From Yuukianura sp. NJ FZ-2021 (taxonomy: Eukaryota): a DNA stretch of 64,000 bases. The position numbers were made by a program, and so were the translations under genes. Below, piece after piece: positions 16,482-34,474 of the stretch (positions are counted from its first letter, which is position 1; the number at the start of each line of letters is the position of its first letter). Location: the NCBI GenBank assembly GCA_046563655.1, contig CM102286.1, positions 13,888,001 to 13,952,000 of the forward strand. The letters are read 5' to 3'. The notes beneath the pieces are model-generated. The model was not told where the DNA came from and did not search any database. It was given only the letters and a program-made list of their open reading frames with translations.

Positions 16482-17201
16482 ATGAACCTCTTCCTAATTC
16501 TGACCGTGATCTGCGCATCTCTCCTTGAAGGTCAAGGGAGGCCCACTGGCGTCAGCACAGTCACGGTCCTCCATCAACCTGGCGTCCAATACTCGTCGTT
16601 TGTCCATCACAATCCATTTGGTAAGTTGTTAAGTAACTTCAATTAGTTAATAATCAATTAAAAGTAATTAACTTTGGATTTTGTTTGAAATACAGTACGC
16701 CTGAGTCCACTTCCGACAACTTACATCCAGCAGCCACTGGTGTATCACTACCCCTTGGGGTATCATCCTTCGTCACTCGTAGGAGTACTTGTCCAGCCAG
16801 TTCAAGTTTTGCAGCCACCAGCAACTACGGCTCAACCGACTACCGAACAGAAAACGCCAGATACTGCCACCGCCGCGGTCACCGTTGCTCCACCAACGGC
16901 TCCTCCAAAGGCCGAAGTACCCTCACCGTCACCACCACCAGATTATCCAGAAGCATCTCGTCCAGAAGTAGGCGATCCAGGAGCAATTGTGCACGAAGAC
17001 GGTTCAGTTGATACTCCACCGATCGAGGAAGTCGAACAGAAGAAGCCCGAAGATGGCGGTGACCTTGAAGGCCTAAGCGTGGCTGAAAAGGAAGAGAAAC
17101 CTGAGGTTGAAGAGAATACTGCCCAAGATGATGATGACACCATCGCGGTGGACTCTTCGGCTAGAAAAGACACTGAAAACGACGATCCCGAAACCGAATA
17201 A
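16482..17201 (+). CDS. Secreted low-complexity (Pro/Thr then acidic) protein, possibly cuticular. Exons 16482-16621 and 16696-17201
   Basis: Signal-peptide-like MNLFLILTVICASLLEGQG; a phase-1 GT-AG intron joins into the 16740..17201 ORF. Confidence 0.72.
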
Positions 17202-17375
17202 GAGCTGACCCTGATTTTCCTTTCACATTTTTGCCATTCTCCAATTTCAAAGCAACAATTTTCAAAATCTGAACTTCCAATTCCTTGCTCTTTTTAACAG
17301 ATTGTTCTAACTTCTTTCTATAAATAGTTTTGAATTAAACATTAAAAGCAAAGTACAACAAAAAGTTTTAAATTG

Positions 17376-18589
17376 TCAAAGTTCTTTAAAAATTGCGAGC
17401 TTCAGAAAAATGAAACATAGGTAACCGATTAAATTTGATGAATTTGAGCCTAAATCTTCACTTCCAGAACCTGCCCCCTTTTCGGCAATGCTACGCGGAN
17501 NNNNNNNNNNNNNNNNNNNNNNNNNNNNNNNNNNNNNNNNNNNNNNNNNNNNNNNNNNNNNNNNNNNNNNNNNNNNNNNNNNNNNNNNNNNNNNNNNNNT
17601 TTTCGGCAATGCTACGCGGAACACATATTCCATCCCCATTCGTCGCAAATCCTCTACGACAAGCACATACGCTGGCGATACGTCGATTGATAAAAGCAAT
17701 CATCGGAGGAGGCCACCAAGCATCGTTGGTCGGATATCCCACGGTATCGCTTACTCTCTGCATCATGGAGTTGTTTATCCCGCTACTCAAATCTTCTGGA
17801 GGAATACACTCTGCATTTTCTCCACAAGTGTATCCGTCTCCAGTAAGTTTCATGTTCTCTGGGTCATACTGCGTAGCAACCGGAATTCACAGGGGTGTCC
17901 CACTAAAGCCACACAACGACCTTGGGTTGAATTGTCCTTCCGAATGGTAGAGGCGGAGTATGGCCGACAGAGACATTCCCATTCATGTGGTCCTTCCTGA
18001 GGAATGTACTGGGTACAATGCAGAAGGAGGTTGAAGTCACAGACGTCTGATCGGCTCATGAACATGGCCATGTACAAGTTTTCAGCCTCAACGGTCCATT
18101 CATTTGCTCTGAGTGTCTGGAAGTCGCAGGGAATCGGAGATGGCGGATCGTTGATACAGAGAGAATTATTGCTTGTATTACGCCTGTGACAGAACAAAAG
18201 GATTAAGTAGTTAGGTCAACCGCTGAGCAGATAACGTGCTAAAGATCGGACTTTGCTTGTTCAGCGTTCAATTGAATGTAGATTTGACTGTCAACGAAAT
18301 GCTGTGGAGTACAGTTTCGGGCTCCGAATTTGAGTCGTCCTGTTTTATTCGTAGATGGTTTAGGTGTTGTGTTGGTTGTTGTTTGATTCCTCCGTGATGA
18401 CGGTGTTGGCGTAGGTGGTGTTGTTGTTTCATCTTCGTAATCTGGTGCTTGTGTTGGCGGTAGTATTTGAGCTGCAGTTAAGACGAACTGCGCATAGATC
18501 AAAACTATGAAGAGCGGGAAGAGCCATTGCTTTAAAAATTTAAAAAATACGCAAAATTTTGAAACTGGCTGGCCACCGTTAGGCGCCAT
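17376..18589 (-). CDS. Cysteine-rich, probably GPI-anchored surface protein (EB/EGF-like modules); interrupted by a 1-nt frameshift near 17886 and a spurious N gap
   Basis: Hydrophobic N-terminus, Thr/Pro stalk, Cys modules (CDFNLLLHC..WECLC..GRCVALVGHPC; CGENAEC..CACRRGF..GICV), and a C-terminal small-residue spacer plus hydrophobic tail. An intron at about 18184-18249 is needed and its donor (GTCCGA) is weak. Confidence 0.65.
17500..17599. other. 100-N scaffold gap with a 21-bp sequence repeated on both flanks
   Basis: TTTTCGGCAATGCTACGCGGA at 17479-17499 and again at 17600-17620. Confidence 0.95.
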
Positions 18590-19218
18590 TTTAATTTTGT
18601 CTAACGATCTACCATTGAATTTATTACGACCGGCACTTTAGTAAATTCTTGCATTCGATTTGCCGAGTTTTTCCGATCTTTTTCATCGAAACGAAATGGT
18701 TGTCATGGGAGTAAAGTCGAATGGATGAAAAAAGGAATGCCTGGAATCCCTTCAACAAAGCTAAGCAAGCGAAATCCAAAATTGCCGCCAAAATTTTTTA
18801 CGTTCAGCGTTTGCCCAGCCCTGTTCGGGGTGACACTTTATGCAAATATTGATCGTGGGGAAATTTAGACCAACCGAAGTCATTTTTGCAACCTTGAAAA
18901 CTCAGCAATTCACTTTTTTTCACGTGCTGAGCGAGCAGTTAATTTTACTTTCATTAAGTTTAATTAATTAGTCAGCCGGGGGACTAATTCAGTACGTTGG
19001 TGCCAGTTGGTAAACCGGCCATACCCTCTGTGTACTGCGTTCTGAATTGGTCCGGCAAGGAAGGAGTTAACGATTAACTGGAAAATTGCATCAACCAATC
19101 AACAACGTCACCCGGCTCCTGGATCAGGATGGACATTGCTTGATGTTGGACGTCGAATTCTTCGATTTTACGTGATTTTGAGCGTTAGCAACGAATACGA
19201 ACCAAGAATAAGTTTGGA

Positions 19219-20249
19219 ATGGGAGTATACCATAGGCAGAACGGGTAACACTTTGATTTTAAGGATTAATTGAACTAACTAACGATTGCTAATACTTGTT
19301 TTTAATCTATAGATTCAAGCCGGAGGAAGAAAAGAAGTGGGGCGGCGATGACGGAGACACAAGCGATGAATGTGTCAAAATTAAGGCCCCACCACCGCAG
19401 CAAAAACCCAACGGAAAAAGACGGCTTCTTCGTCTTGAGGAAGTTCCACTGTACCTTCAATTTAACAAGTATGTCCACTCGGGATACCGAGAACTTCTGA
19501 GTGCTTGGGACTGCGTCTGGAGCCTGTCGTACCTTCACAATGAAACGGTCAACATCATCACTCACCTTGTACCTATCTTTGGCGTTCTTTACTACTGGCG
19601 AAGTATGTATCCCTGGGATCTCATTGAGGGCCACTGGTACTTCAATTTCTTGGGCTGGAGCCACATTCTTGGCAGTATTACTCCGTGGCTCGGAAGCGTA
19701 ACTTACCACCTCTTTATGAACCACGTTGGTGGTCATGGGTTCTACAAACTCTTGCTTCAACTGGACATGCTCGGAATCTGGATCACCCAAGCCTTTGGTG
19801 CTCTAACGAACTTGACTGCGTCAACATGGTGCCTCTCAGATGCCAGTCAGCAGTTCTGGCTCGGGACTTATGCAATTGCTTCCGTTTGGGGTCTTTACAA
19901 GGCTGTCAGCGCTCAATCTGCTCTTGGACGTCGTTTGTGTTTTGGCTTCTGTTTTGCTTCAAGACTCATCGGATTCATTCTGCGACTGTCAAGTTATGGA
20001 GGCGGTGACCCCTCAGTACTTATGCACGTTGTTCTGCAAGACATCATTTCAGTCATTGGTGGATTCATCGGAGTGATTCGAATTCCAGAAATCTGGTTTC
20101 CTGGTCGACTGGACATGTTCTTCAATTCACACCACATTATGCATGTGATGGTGGTCATGGCAGTTTACCACATGAACGAAGCTACCAACGGAGATATTCG
20201 CTGGATTTTAGAAAACCACTCCAAGGAACAGTGCTTGACACTCATCTAG
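19219..20249 (+). CDS. PAQR4: Progestin and adipoQ receptor family member 4-like. Exons 19219-19244 and 19313-20249
   Basis: PLYLQFNKYVHSGYR, LHNETVNIITH, GSVTYHLFMNH, LLQLDMLGIW, RIPEIWFPGRLDMFFNSHHIMHVMVV. Confidence 0.92.
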
Positions 20250-20958
20250 AAAAGCACCGTTGAACACCAACTTCTAGTTACTCATCATTCCACGTCTTCA
20301 CAATTTCTTCTAATTGGCATCTAAATGACCTCTACCGATCCAATATTTCTTCTTGCTGTAAATTACTTACAAAATTGCTAGTACAAAACTTCCATTTGTT
20401 TTTTTAGTACTTCATGTTTCATGTAAATCTCAATTACTGACTCTCAATTACTGATCACCACCATGTACTCATTCTAGTCACATTTCTCAACTTAGCGTCC
20501 ATAAGCGTTCAATCGCTTAAGTTTTTTTTTAGTCGGACTAGGCAAACAGCCTTAGGTCCTAAGCAATTAATCGATTAATCTCTCAAACCTTGTTTTGATT
20601 AAGTTTTAAATCCAAATTTTGAGTGGTTCATTTAGTGACTTTGGTTTGTCTCAATCACTTACCACCTTAAACTGCAAATAAATCAAGGTTTGCAAGTAAT
20701 TTATCTCAAGAAGTCGAAAGTAATCGATACAAATTTAATAGATAAATTGTGGAAATCGATTTCGATTTTTAACGCATCTTTGCCCATCGCGATGGTTTTG
20801 ACAAGTGTGAAGCAGGAAGCACGTGAGTTTTTCCTGAATTAAAAAATCAGCTGATTTTGTTTACTGTGCTTTATCTTGGTAAAATGCAATTTGGTTAATT
20901 GAATTACAAGTTAATAGCTTCTTAATTGTGGCATTTCAGGCTACTTTGTTAACCGGAA

Positions 20959-21622
20959 ATGGCTCTAATAGCCAAACAATTGGCGAGATTGATCATACCA
21001 ACGGTATCTACTGGCGTAAGACAAGGAAAACAGTTTTCTCAGAGTTTAACTTCTTTACATAGGTAAAAAAAACTAATTGACTAATTATAAATCTTAAGTA
21101 AAGTGTTGGACTTACTAACATTGTCTCTGAATTCCTAGGATCCACTCACTTAGTCTGTCAACTGGTCCATCGAAAGCAAAGGAGTCACCAAGTTCTAGTC
21201 AAATTCCGGCACTCGACAATGGATTGACCTTGACCCCATCATGCATCAAGAGACTACATGAAATCTCAAGTACTGATGAACCATACTTACGAGTTTCGAT
21301 TTCTGGAGGAGGCTGTTCAGGCTTTCAGTACGAATTTTCAATGGACTCTGTCGTTGGTCCGGATGACAGGTGAGTATAACTACTTTATAACTTTAGTTTA
21401 GTTAAATTGTGCAGTTCTGAACGATTTTTAATCGTTTACAGATTTATTGGTGATGAAAAGGGAACACCACTGGTAGTGGTGGATGCCACTTCGTTGTCGT
21501 ACATCACTGGATCAACTATAGATTACTACGAAGAATTGATACGCAGCGGGTTCCGAATAATCAGTAATCCTCAGGCTGACGGTGGTTGTTCCTGTGGAGC
21601 TTCGTTTAGTATCAAACTGTGA
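20959..21622 (+). CDS. ISCA2: Iron-sulfur cluster assembly 2 homologue, mitochondrial. Exons 20959-21062, 21139-21369, 21442-21622
   Basis: Basic/Ser-rich transit-like N-terminus, LRVSISGGGCSGFQYEF, GSTIDYYEELIRSGF, NPQADGGCSCGASF. Confidence 0.93.
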
Positions 21623-21755
21623 ACACGACGCTGCAATACTTCTTTACTAGGTTTAGATTTATACATGAAATAGTCATTCGCAAAAGACTGTAACAAGAAT
21701 TTTATTCGAAATTTCAAGTTTGAAATAAGATAAAGTTCCTAGGAGGAACTCTATT

Positions 21756-24364
21756 TTACTTTTTGGTAAAGATAATAACAGTGAATCCACCGTAAGCAGT
21801 TTTTCCAGTATATGGAATAACAACGTATTCTCCCGGGATCAGATCCACTCGAGCAGTATGGGAACGATAAGCTTCGCCTCCCAAATCCAGGAAGTAGGAT
21901 CCATTGAAAATCTCAGTCCCAGTGACGGGATATTCCTTTTCAATCTATTCAAACAAAGCAAAACGAAAGTTAATCAGTGTCCAGCATCAGTTAATCTAAG
22001 TATTGAATAATTTCCGGCATACCTTTGCAACGGCCATTCCAATTCCAGTTTCGTCCTGACCAGATTTCTTCAGAGTTCGACGATATCGCTGGAGCAGAGA
22101 AATCACTACTTGCGACTTTCCGTCTTCGTCCAGCCCAATTGCCGGGACAGTGAACTTAATTTGTGGATTCTTGCAGAATGTCACTACGATTTTTCACAAA
22201 ATTTCAAAATTTGGCATCAAAAACCAAAAACCTAAAATTCTAAAACCTTGGAAACTTTGACTTACCGTAGTCTTCTTCCGTGTACTGAACTTCCTCTTCT
22301 TCCACGTTGTCTTTATCGTCATCTTTCTCGTCGTCGTCATCAGATTCTTCATTGCATTCGCATTCCTCCTTAGTACTTGGTAGAATCAGCGTTTTTTTGG
22401 CGCCATTTGATGGAACTTCTTCCCCTTGAGCACCGCATTCGCAACTCCCATCTTTTCCCTCTGAATGCTCATGCTCATGCGCAGCTTCTTCATCTTCGTC
22501 ATCTTCAGAATGCTTGGGATCGCGATCGCACCCTTCATCTTCACCTTCAGTTTTGTTTTCTTCGTCTTCATCTTTGTTTTCTTCATCTTCATTTCCTTCT
22601 TCATCTTCCTCTTCCGGTGCAAGTCCGCCAAAACAATTTTCCTCCGTCCATTCACCATCTTTCAAAAGTCTGGAAAAGTTGACCTCTTCGCAAAGTTCTT
22701 CCAGTGATTTCCCGCCACTTCCGAATGGATTCAAGTTGACGACTTCCACCGTTTCAAAGTTATCCACAAACTCCTGCAAGGTCACCCAAAACTCTCCATC
22801 TTGTGCTGCTGGAAACTCCTTTTTAGTCTCTTCGTCCAGTTTCTTCCACAGTTTTCCACTAAATTAAACGATAATCACAGTTAATTTGTTAATTAGTCTT
22901 AGTTTAATTAACTTTACCTTTCTTCGTTAAACTTCCCAACAAACTCGTACTCGTTTCCCCATGGATTTCTTAACCTCAACAGTCGATAGCACTTTCCCTT
23001 GACCTGCACTTCCTTACAAGTGAGCAGCGAGTAGGCATGGTTGTTTCCCAGTCCAGTTTTTTCGGTAAAGCCTTCTTCCTCTTCTGTTGTTTCAAACGTC
23101 TAAGCATCAATTAGAAAAAGTTAATTAGTTAAAAGTTAATTAACATTTTAATTAATCAAGAATGTAAAGTCGATCTTCACCTTTCCTACACTAGCGCCCA
23201 TGTAAAATCCGGCTTTAGTTGCGTCAACTATGATATCCCAGAGTTTTGTTTTGCTCATTTTAGAAATTTCGTCGTAGCGGTCAATGACCCCGCCAGTGAA
23301 GTCTTGCAAAGCATCTCCGATAAATCCACCTTGAATGGCTTGGTAGGAAGAGTGCAACCTTGGATTTCAAAAAAAAATCAAATTTTTGGTAGTGTTTAGG
23401 TTAAAATGTTAAGGTATGTTCGTATGTTATGTACAGAACTGTAATCGTACTTGGCATAAGCTTTTTCCATAAGAGCTGACCAGAATACCCTGGGATTGTC
23501 CGCCTGGACTGACCAATGGGCATTCTCACTCTTTAGGTATGGCAGCCTATCGTCAATCACAACTTCTACAAGACGACCGAAACTGGCGAACCGAAATTTA
23601 AAAATCCCGCGGTACTCTTCTTTGTTGAACTGCGTCAAATTCTCTTTGCAGACAACCATCCAGAAAACGTCTGGGAGTCTTGACAGTTCCGCCATTGAGC
23701 AAAGGAACCAACAAGTACCTGTTCATAAAAAAAATGAACTTTTTAGACAATTTTGATTTCCAAAAAAAAAGTGTCAACATTTTGATTTCTAAAAAAGTTG
23801 AACAAAAACTGACCGAGTTGATTTTGGTTAACATCATCCGGAATTCCGACTTTATCTGGATCACCTCCATTGTCCACAAAAATTGGCTCCCCCTCTACTC
23901 CCTTGTCCTTCAGGATTTCCTGAAACAGAAAATTTCGAAAGTAATTTTGAATTTGAAATTTTGATATAAAAAACAGCATGTTTTTGAAAAACAGGAATAT
24001 TGTTTAAGATTTACATGAGGCCGAAGCCACTCGATGTCGTCAACATGTTCAATTTCATTTCCTTTTTCCTCAGCATTGTACGCAATGCTTGATTTGACTG
24101 CTGGAAAAAACGGATCTTCGAAAAGTTGTCCAGGACCCAAACTGGCTTTGATTTCGTCATAATTTTGCAAAACTGGAGTCACTCCTTTGGGAATCAAACT
24201 TTCAGTGCCACTTCCAGGCTCACCAATCTAAAAACGAAAACAAAGTTTCATAATTTCGAAAAATTTGGAAATTTTGAAAAAAAAAAGTAATAATTTTTTA
24301 AATTGTGTTAACTTACCATGTAGCAGCTAATGGTTTCTCCATCGATACAGTATTTGGTAGGCAT
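21756..24364 (-). CDS. Atypical calpain (CysPc + domain III/CBSW, no penta-EF-hand) with a long acidic insertion, multi-exon
   Basis: LFEDPFFPA, catalytic triad intact (QNQLG|TCWFL; GLGNNHAYSLL; LRLRNPWG), VVIDDRLP, FWSALMEKAYAK, DGEFWVTL, TFCKNPQIKF, PGEYVVIP; stop TAA at 21756-21758. Confidence 0.9.
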
Positions 24365-25296
24365 CTTCTGTTAAGCAACTTTTGTGGAAATGGCGTTCTC
24401 AAATTGCAAGGTTGAAACTGAAATGAAAAATAATTATAAAGTACGACACTACTTAATTGAACTAATCAACAACGCAAGTAGCGGTTAACTTACTGGTTGT
24501 GGTCAGTATCAATTAAGTTACAGCTCACAACTGATACTTCCAAAAACAAATTGGCAAGTATATATGTACAATTTTGACTTTTTTAAGGACGCATGAAACA
24601 TATCACGCGAGATGCCACACAACCAAAGGTTTGTTGACTGATTTTCTTTACCAGGTTGAGTAACACCTCATACTTTTCAATTTTGCGAAAAAGAATATCT
24701 GTCATTTCCGGGTATCGTAGTTTTTTTTCATTTCTTTTCTGAACAAGCGAAATAGTACTGAACATGTTAAAGAAAATTCATTTTTCGATGTCCAGGAACC
24801 TTGGCCACAACTTCTAATGAATCTTATCAAAAAATAATAAATAACAACTAAAAAAATGTGTTATGGCCTACATGCTCCTCACCCAGTAAATTGTCAACCG
24901 AGTTGCCACAATTCTTTGAGCGACTTTCAGCGTTTTGTTGTTGTTACAATATTCTTTATCCAATTTATTATAAAGAGACCGCAAGCGATATTCAATTGCT
25001 TTGCAGCTCAAGGCCATTTGTCTAAATGCGAAATTTTTTCTAGTAATTCATGAGATTGCAATTGCTACAAACAAATCCTCATTTTCAAACACATTCACAT
25101 AAAACTGACATGAAATATAAACTTTGACACGCAAGTGACACAAACGGCATAACTTCCTGAGTAAATAACAGAGTCTGGAGTAACAAAGTTGGATATTTTC
25201 CACTGCTTAGCATGGAAAGTACTTAGATTAACCTTGAACAGCTACTAAAATGCAAAATGTCCTATAAATTAAATTTTTAGACACGAATCTTATCCT

Positions 25297-30168
<4,872 letters not shown>

Positions 30169-31486
30169 GTTTCGATCCTAAAGGTTGAAGAAGCAGTAAG
30201 CCAGAATCACCCTGGAACAAATTATCAATCGTCAATTTAAATTTTATGAAAATCAGACAAAATTAAGTGTGGATTTACATTATTACCTTCACTGCAGTTC
30301 CTGTGTGGTATATCAGCTTAGTATCAATAGGACGCCATTATTTGCAACTTTGGCTCCCAAAATCTAAACCTATAGAGTGTACTGTAGAGAGAGGCTAACA
30401 CATACACAATTAATTGATTGACAAACAAATTGCAAACAAAATTGCCAATTTTTGTGCGAAAATTCTTGTTTTGTTGTCGTTTGTGTTGGTATTTTTACCC
30501 TTCGCGCGTTTTTCTACTCATCCTCCCTCATGCACAGTGCTACATAGTTGGGCATTTCACGGCTGGTATTTTATAATTTATAATAATTCCTACGACTCAA
30601 TAGATTAGTTTAGTTTATTAAACTTATTTATATAAATTGCAAATATGGCCATTGATTAGACGAAGCTTCCTTACAATAATTACTTGTAATTATGACTATT
30701 ATTAACTATTATCCATGCTTTAACATAAATTCAATCGAAAGTTGAGTAAACTCTTGGTTTTTGTTTTTACGCCAGCATCGGTTGTCGTAAGGTTCAACGA
30801 TAGTTATTTTAGCCATACAATATGGCCACTCCATCCGCCGGCCATGTTGTGTTGCTATAGGCAGCTACACCTAGTGGCGACATTTATTGTAGCTAACTTA
30901 AACCTAAAGAAGTCGAACCAAATGCGACGACATTAGTCAGCGCACAACGTAGCCACCAGCCACCAATTACATCCGCAACCGTAAAGTGGTTTACATCCTG
31001 CGTTTACAATTATCAGCGTTAAACCTTACCCCATCCCACACAAAAAATGAACCGTGCTTTGCAATTTTTTGTTTGTTATGATAACAACGATAAGCATATG
31101 TAAGGTACGCAACAGCGGAAGAGGGCAACTTTCGTTTTTGAAACAAGGTCACCTTCAAACGTAATCTCCTCTTAAGATGTATTCTTGACATGGTTCCAAT
31201 CCAACTTGATCCTGGCAGAAGTGTAAAGCAGAGTGGTTTTGAAGCGTCGAAAATAGCCGGAACGGTAAAGGATTAAAGCGTTTTATATTTTTCATTAATT
31301 AATTTATTAATTAATTGTATTTTTAAAGGAACCCAAGAACTGATGGTGAGTGCAGGTAGGATTCTACGTTCAACGAAGTTAAAGCGAAGATTATTAAGTT
31401 GGCTAACCCAAACAGATTAAAAATATATAGATATTTTTGTTTGCTTTAGAATACCAACTTCGTACAGCAGCTTCCAGATCAGCACA

Positions 31487-33813
31487 ATGTCACCGCCGGC
31501 AGCAGGATCGTCTTGGAATGATGGCAACGTCCACCAAGGAGATACCAGCGATGACGATGACGTAGTAATACTGAAGCAAGAACAAAACGTTTCGGAGACT
31601 GTTAGAGAAGCTGTAGACTTGTCCGATGCTGATGAGCCTGACGTTGCACAGGGTCCATCACAGCAGGATTCGCGCCACGCAGTACAGAATGTACCGCGAC
31701 GTTCCAGTCGAAGCTCTGCTTTGAAAACAATTTCGTATGAGGTAATGTCAATGTGTACAACTAAAACATAGGGTACAAACTAATGCAATACTACGCCTGT
31801 ATGTGACACTACTGATTGGTGGATATTTATTATTAACAGGAGAGTGATGATGAAGATGCTTCAAGCAAAGAAAAAGTGAAAGCGGAACAGAGGAGCTCAG
31901 TCGAAGTAATTTACAGCCTAACTTCGTTCTTCGGCGAGAATCGTAACCAAAAACTTGGCTCCAAGGTTACTAAAGTTCATTTTCCTGGATCGAACCCCAT
32001 TAACTTGTCCCAATTTAGTCGCTTCTGCGATGCTAATCGACAAAAAATCAGGACAATCAACGTAGAAGCAATCAACTGGCAAATCTTGAAGGAGATTGCC
32101 ACCCGGTTGAAGGAATTGGAAGTCTTAGTGATTCCAGAGTCGCGTGACGAAGAAGATGGAGAAGACATTGAGACGGAGACCTTGTCCATTTCCTCCACCA
32201 AATTCACTTTTGCTGCGAATACGAAACTTGTAAAGGTTATTCTCCATGGAAGCAATAACTTCCTACGGAATGACAGAAACCTTCGGCTGTTCTTGTCCAG
32301 CCTTCCCAGATCGCTGGACCATTTGGTCTACACCTTTTCAAGTCTCGAAGAAGTGGATCAGCTCCTCAATGGAATCAATTCTTCTCCCAATTTAAAAAAT
32401 TTGAAACTCTTGACTATTCAGAAAGTCGACTCGAACGATGATGATGAAGACGAAGAAGAACTTGCACTGCATCGGAAACAAATCCAGTCCATTGCCAATT
32501 TGGATCTTACAGCATTAGCAAGTTTAGAATTAAACTGCAGCATATGGGAGGACGTGAAGGCGATGGATCTGACGTCGCTGTTGTCAAAGTTTGCTCCAAC
32601 TCTCCGACACTTCACGATTGCTGGCAACCTCCAAGGAGTGGACATGGCCGACAAGCAAGTTAAATTTCATGTCCCGAAGATGGCTCAACTAATGACATTC
32701 AACATGGGAAATGGAAGCGTGGATGAAGTCCAAGAAACTGAAGGATTCGTCGAATCGGACGACTATGAAGACGACATCGGTAGTTACAGCGACGACGACT
32801 CAGCCGGGGGACATGGTGCACAAAATGTACAAGATGGCCAGGTCATTTCCTTGGACAAAATAGGAACGACTGAAATAGAAATTTCATTTTCTCCAATTCC
32901 AACTCTGAAAACTTTGTTTCTCGGAAATTCAATTCATATCGAGAGGATCCAGCCATCGATGTTCCCGAAGTTAAAGACACTTCATATTCGCAGCAACTGG
33001 ACCGTGACAATGCAAATACCAACGTCTCCAGAAGCCTTTAACTCCGAACTGCACGAATTTAAGTTCGTCCGTGACCTTCGGCTTCCCGATTTCATTCAAG
33101 ACCAATTCTTTATGCTTAACATTCGAAAAATGTTTCCCGCCTTGAAGCGAATCACCATGAAGTACCCAACTGCAAAATGTCTTCGATACTTTTTTCATGG
33201 CATGGCCAATTCTCCCCTGGAAGCACTACACTTGAAAACAGCATTTGACTTCAAAGGGATGCTGGAAGATGCTCTGTTTCCTCAACAATACCTTCCACTT
33301 ATCGCAGACGACTACAGTCTCACTAAACTCCTGGAATTAAAAAACGCTCAAAACCGAGACGTTTTTGAGGAATTCATTCGGGACAAAGGAATTGAACTTC
33401 CCATTTGGGCTGAGCCGACCATCGATGATGACATTCTCAGCAGAAGGGAGTATGGCATTGAGCACTTGACAGGGCTCAGGATTATGACCTTGTCGAATCT
33501 ACACAAATCGGCCAAAATTCCTCTGAATAACAAAATTTCACATAAACATCCAGATCAAACATTTGATCAACATTGCAGAATCGGATTCTGGAAGTACCCG
33601 TTTGACTACAATTTGTGGAATCGGTATTTTTACTTAAATACAGAAACAACCAGGAGTATTGAGAAGGGGAAGCGCAAGGCCAAAGGTGCCTTTGCCAGGG
33701 ACAGACAAATCAAGAAAGTCAAGACGGAGAAGCCCAATGAAGTCCACGTCAAGCCAAGAATCGAGGACGAAGTTAGACATGAGGTGACGATTGAGGTCAA
33801 ACAGGAGCCCTAA
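31487..33813 (+). CDS. Nuclear RNI-like LRR protein with SIM-like motifs, paralogue 1. Exons 31487-31741 and 31840-33813
   Basis: Acidic N-terminus (DDDDVVILKQE, AVDLSD), about 12 degenerate LxxLxL repeats (LKELEVLVI, LKNLKLLTI, LASLELN, LRHFTI, LKTLHI, FPALKRITM, LEALHL), basic NLS, ends VKQEP. The ORF is conserved across four copies. Confidence 0.85.
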
Positions 33814-34114
33814 GGGTGAAAACCAGGAGCCTTATTCAAACCTAACGTGATGACTCAAAACAAGTGTTAGGGTATGACAAAGTAACATAGACATTAGATT
33901 TATGGGAATTTAAAGAGTTTTCCCTTTTCCAGCATAGTTTTTAGAGTTTCAGTTTAAGTTTAATTGATCAATAGAATTTGTAGTTTCGCATAGAAAATCG
34001 GCAATGTTGACCTTGACATGTTCAGTATTTTCAATTATATTCAATCCAATTAGATTCAATACACGCACACAAAATTTTGGTTGCGATTTATGTGGAAATT
34101 TTTTTTATGTTAAT

Positions 34115-34258
34115 TTAAACCTCTTTCACATCAGTAGTGACAACTTCCTTGGCTACTGGGGCAGCATCGGCATGTGCTGGAGCAGCATCAGCATGGGCTG
34201 GAGCAGCATCATCATGTGTTGGCGGAGCTTGGACTGCTGCTTCAGTAGGTTCCTTGTC
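34115..34258 (-). pseudogene. Duplicated remnant of the 3' end of the 46187-47185 gene (APAHADA repeats ... VVTTDVKEV-stop)
   Basis: Near-identical to 46187-46350, including TTAAACCTCTTTCACATCAGTAGTGACAACTTCCTTG and the GGAGCAGCATC repeats. Confidence 0.88.
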
Positions 34259-34474
34259 CTCCTTGCAGCTAACTTAAACCTAAAAAAACCGAACCAAATG
34301 CGACGACATAAGTAAGCACACAACGTAGCCACCAGCCACCCATTACATCCGCAACCGCTAAGTGGTTTACATCATGTGTTTACAATGATGAGCGTTAAAC
34401 CTTATGCCATCCCACGCAAAAAAATGAACCGTGTTGTACAATTTTTTGTTTGTTATGATAACAAGGACAATCAT

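Noticed and set aside
31190..31345. Upstream ATG exon as an extended N-terminus for LRR paralogue 1
   Set aside because: Splicing into the next small exon hits TGA, and the frame is not conserved in copy 2; more likely 5' UTR or a uORF.
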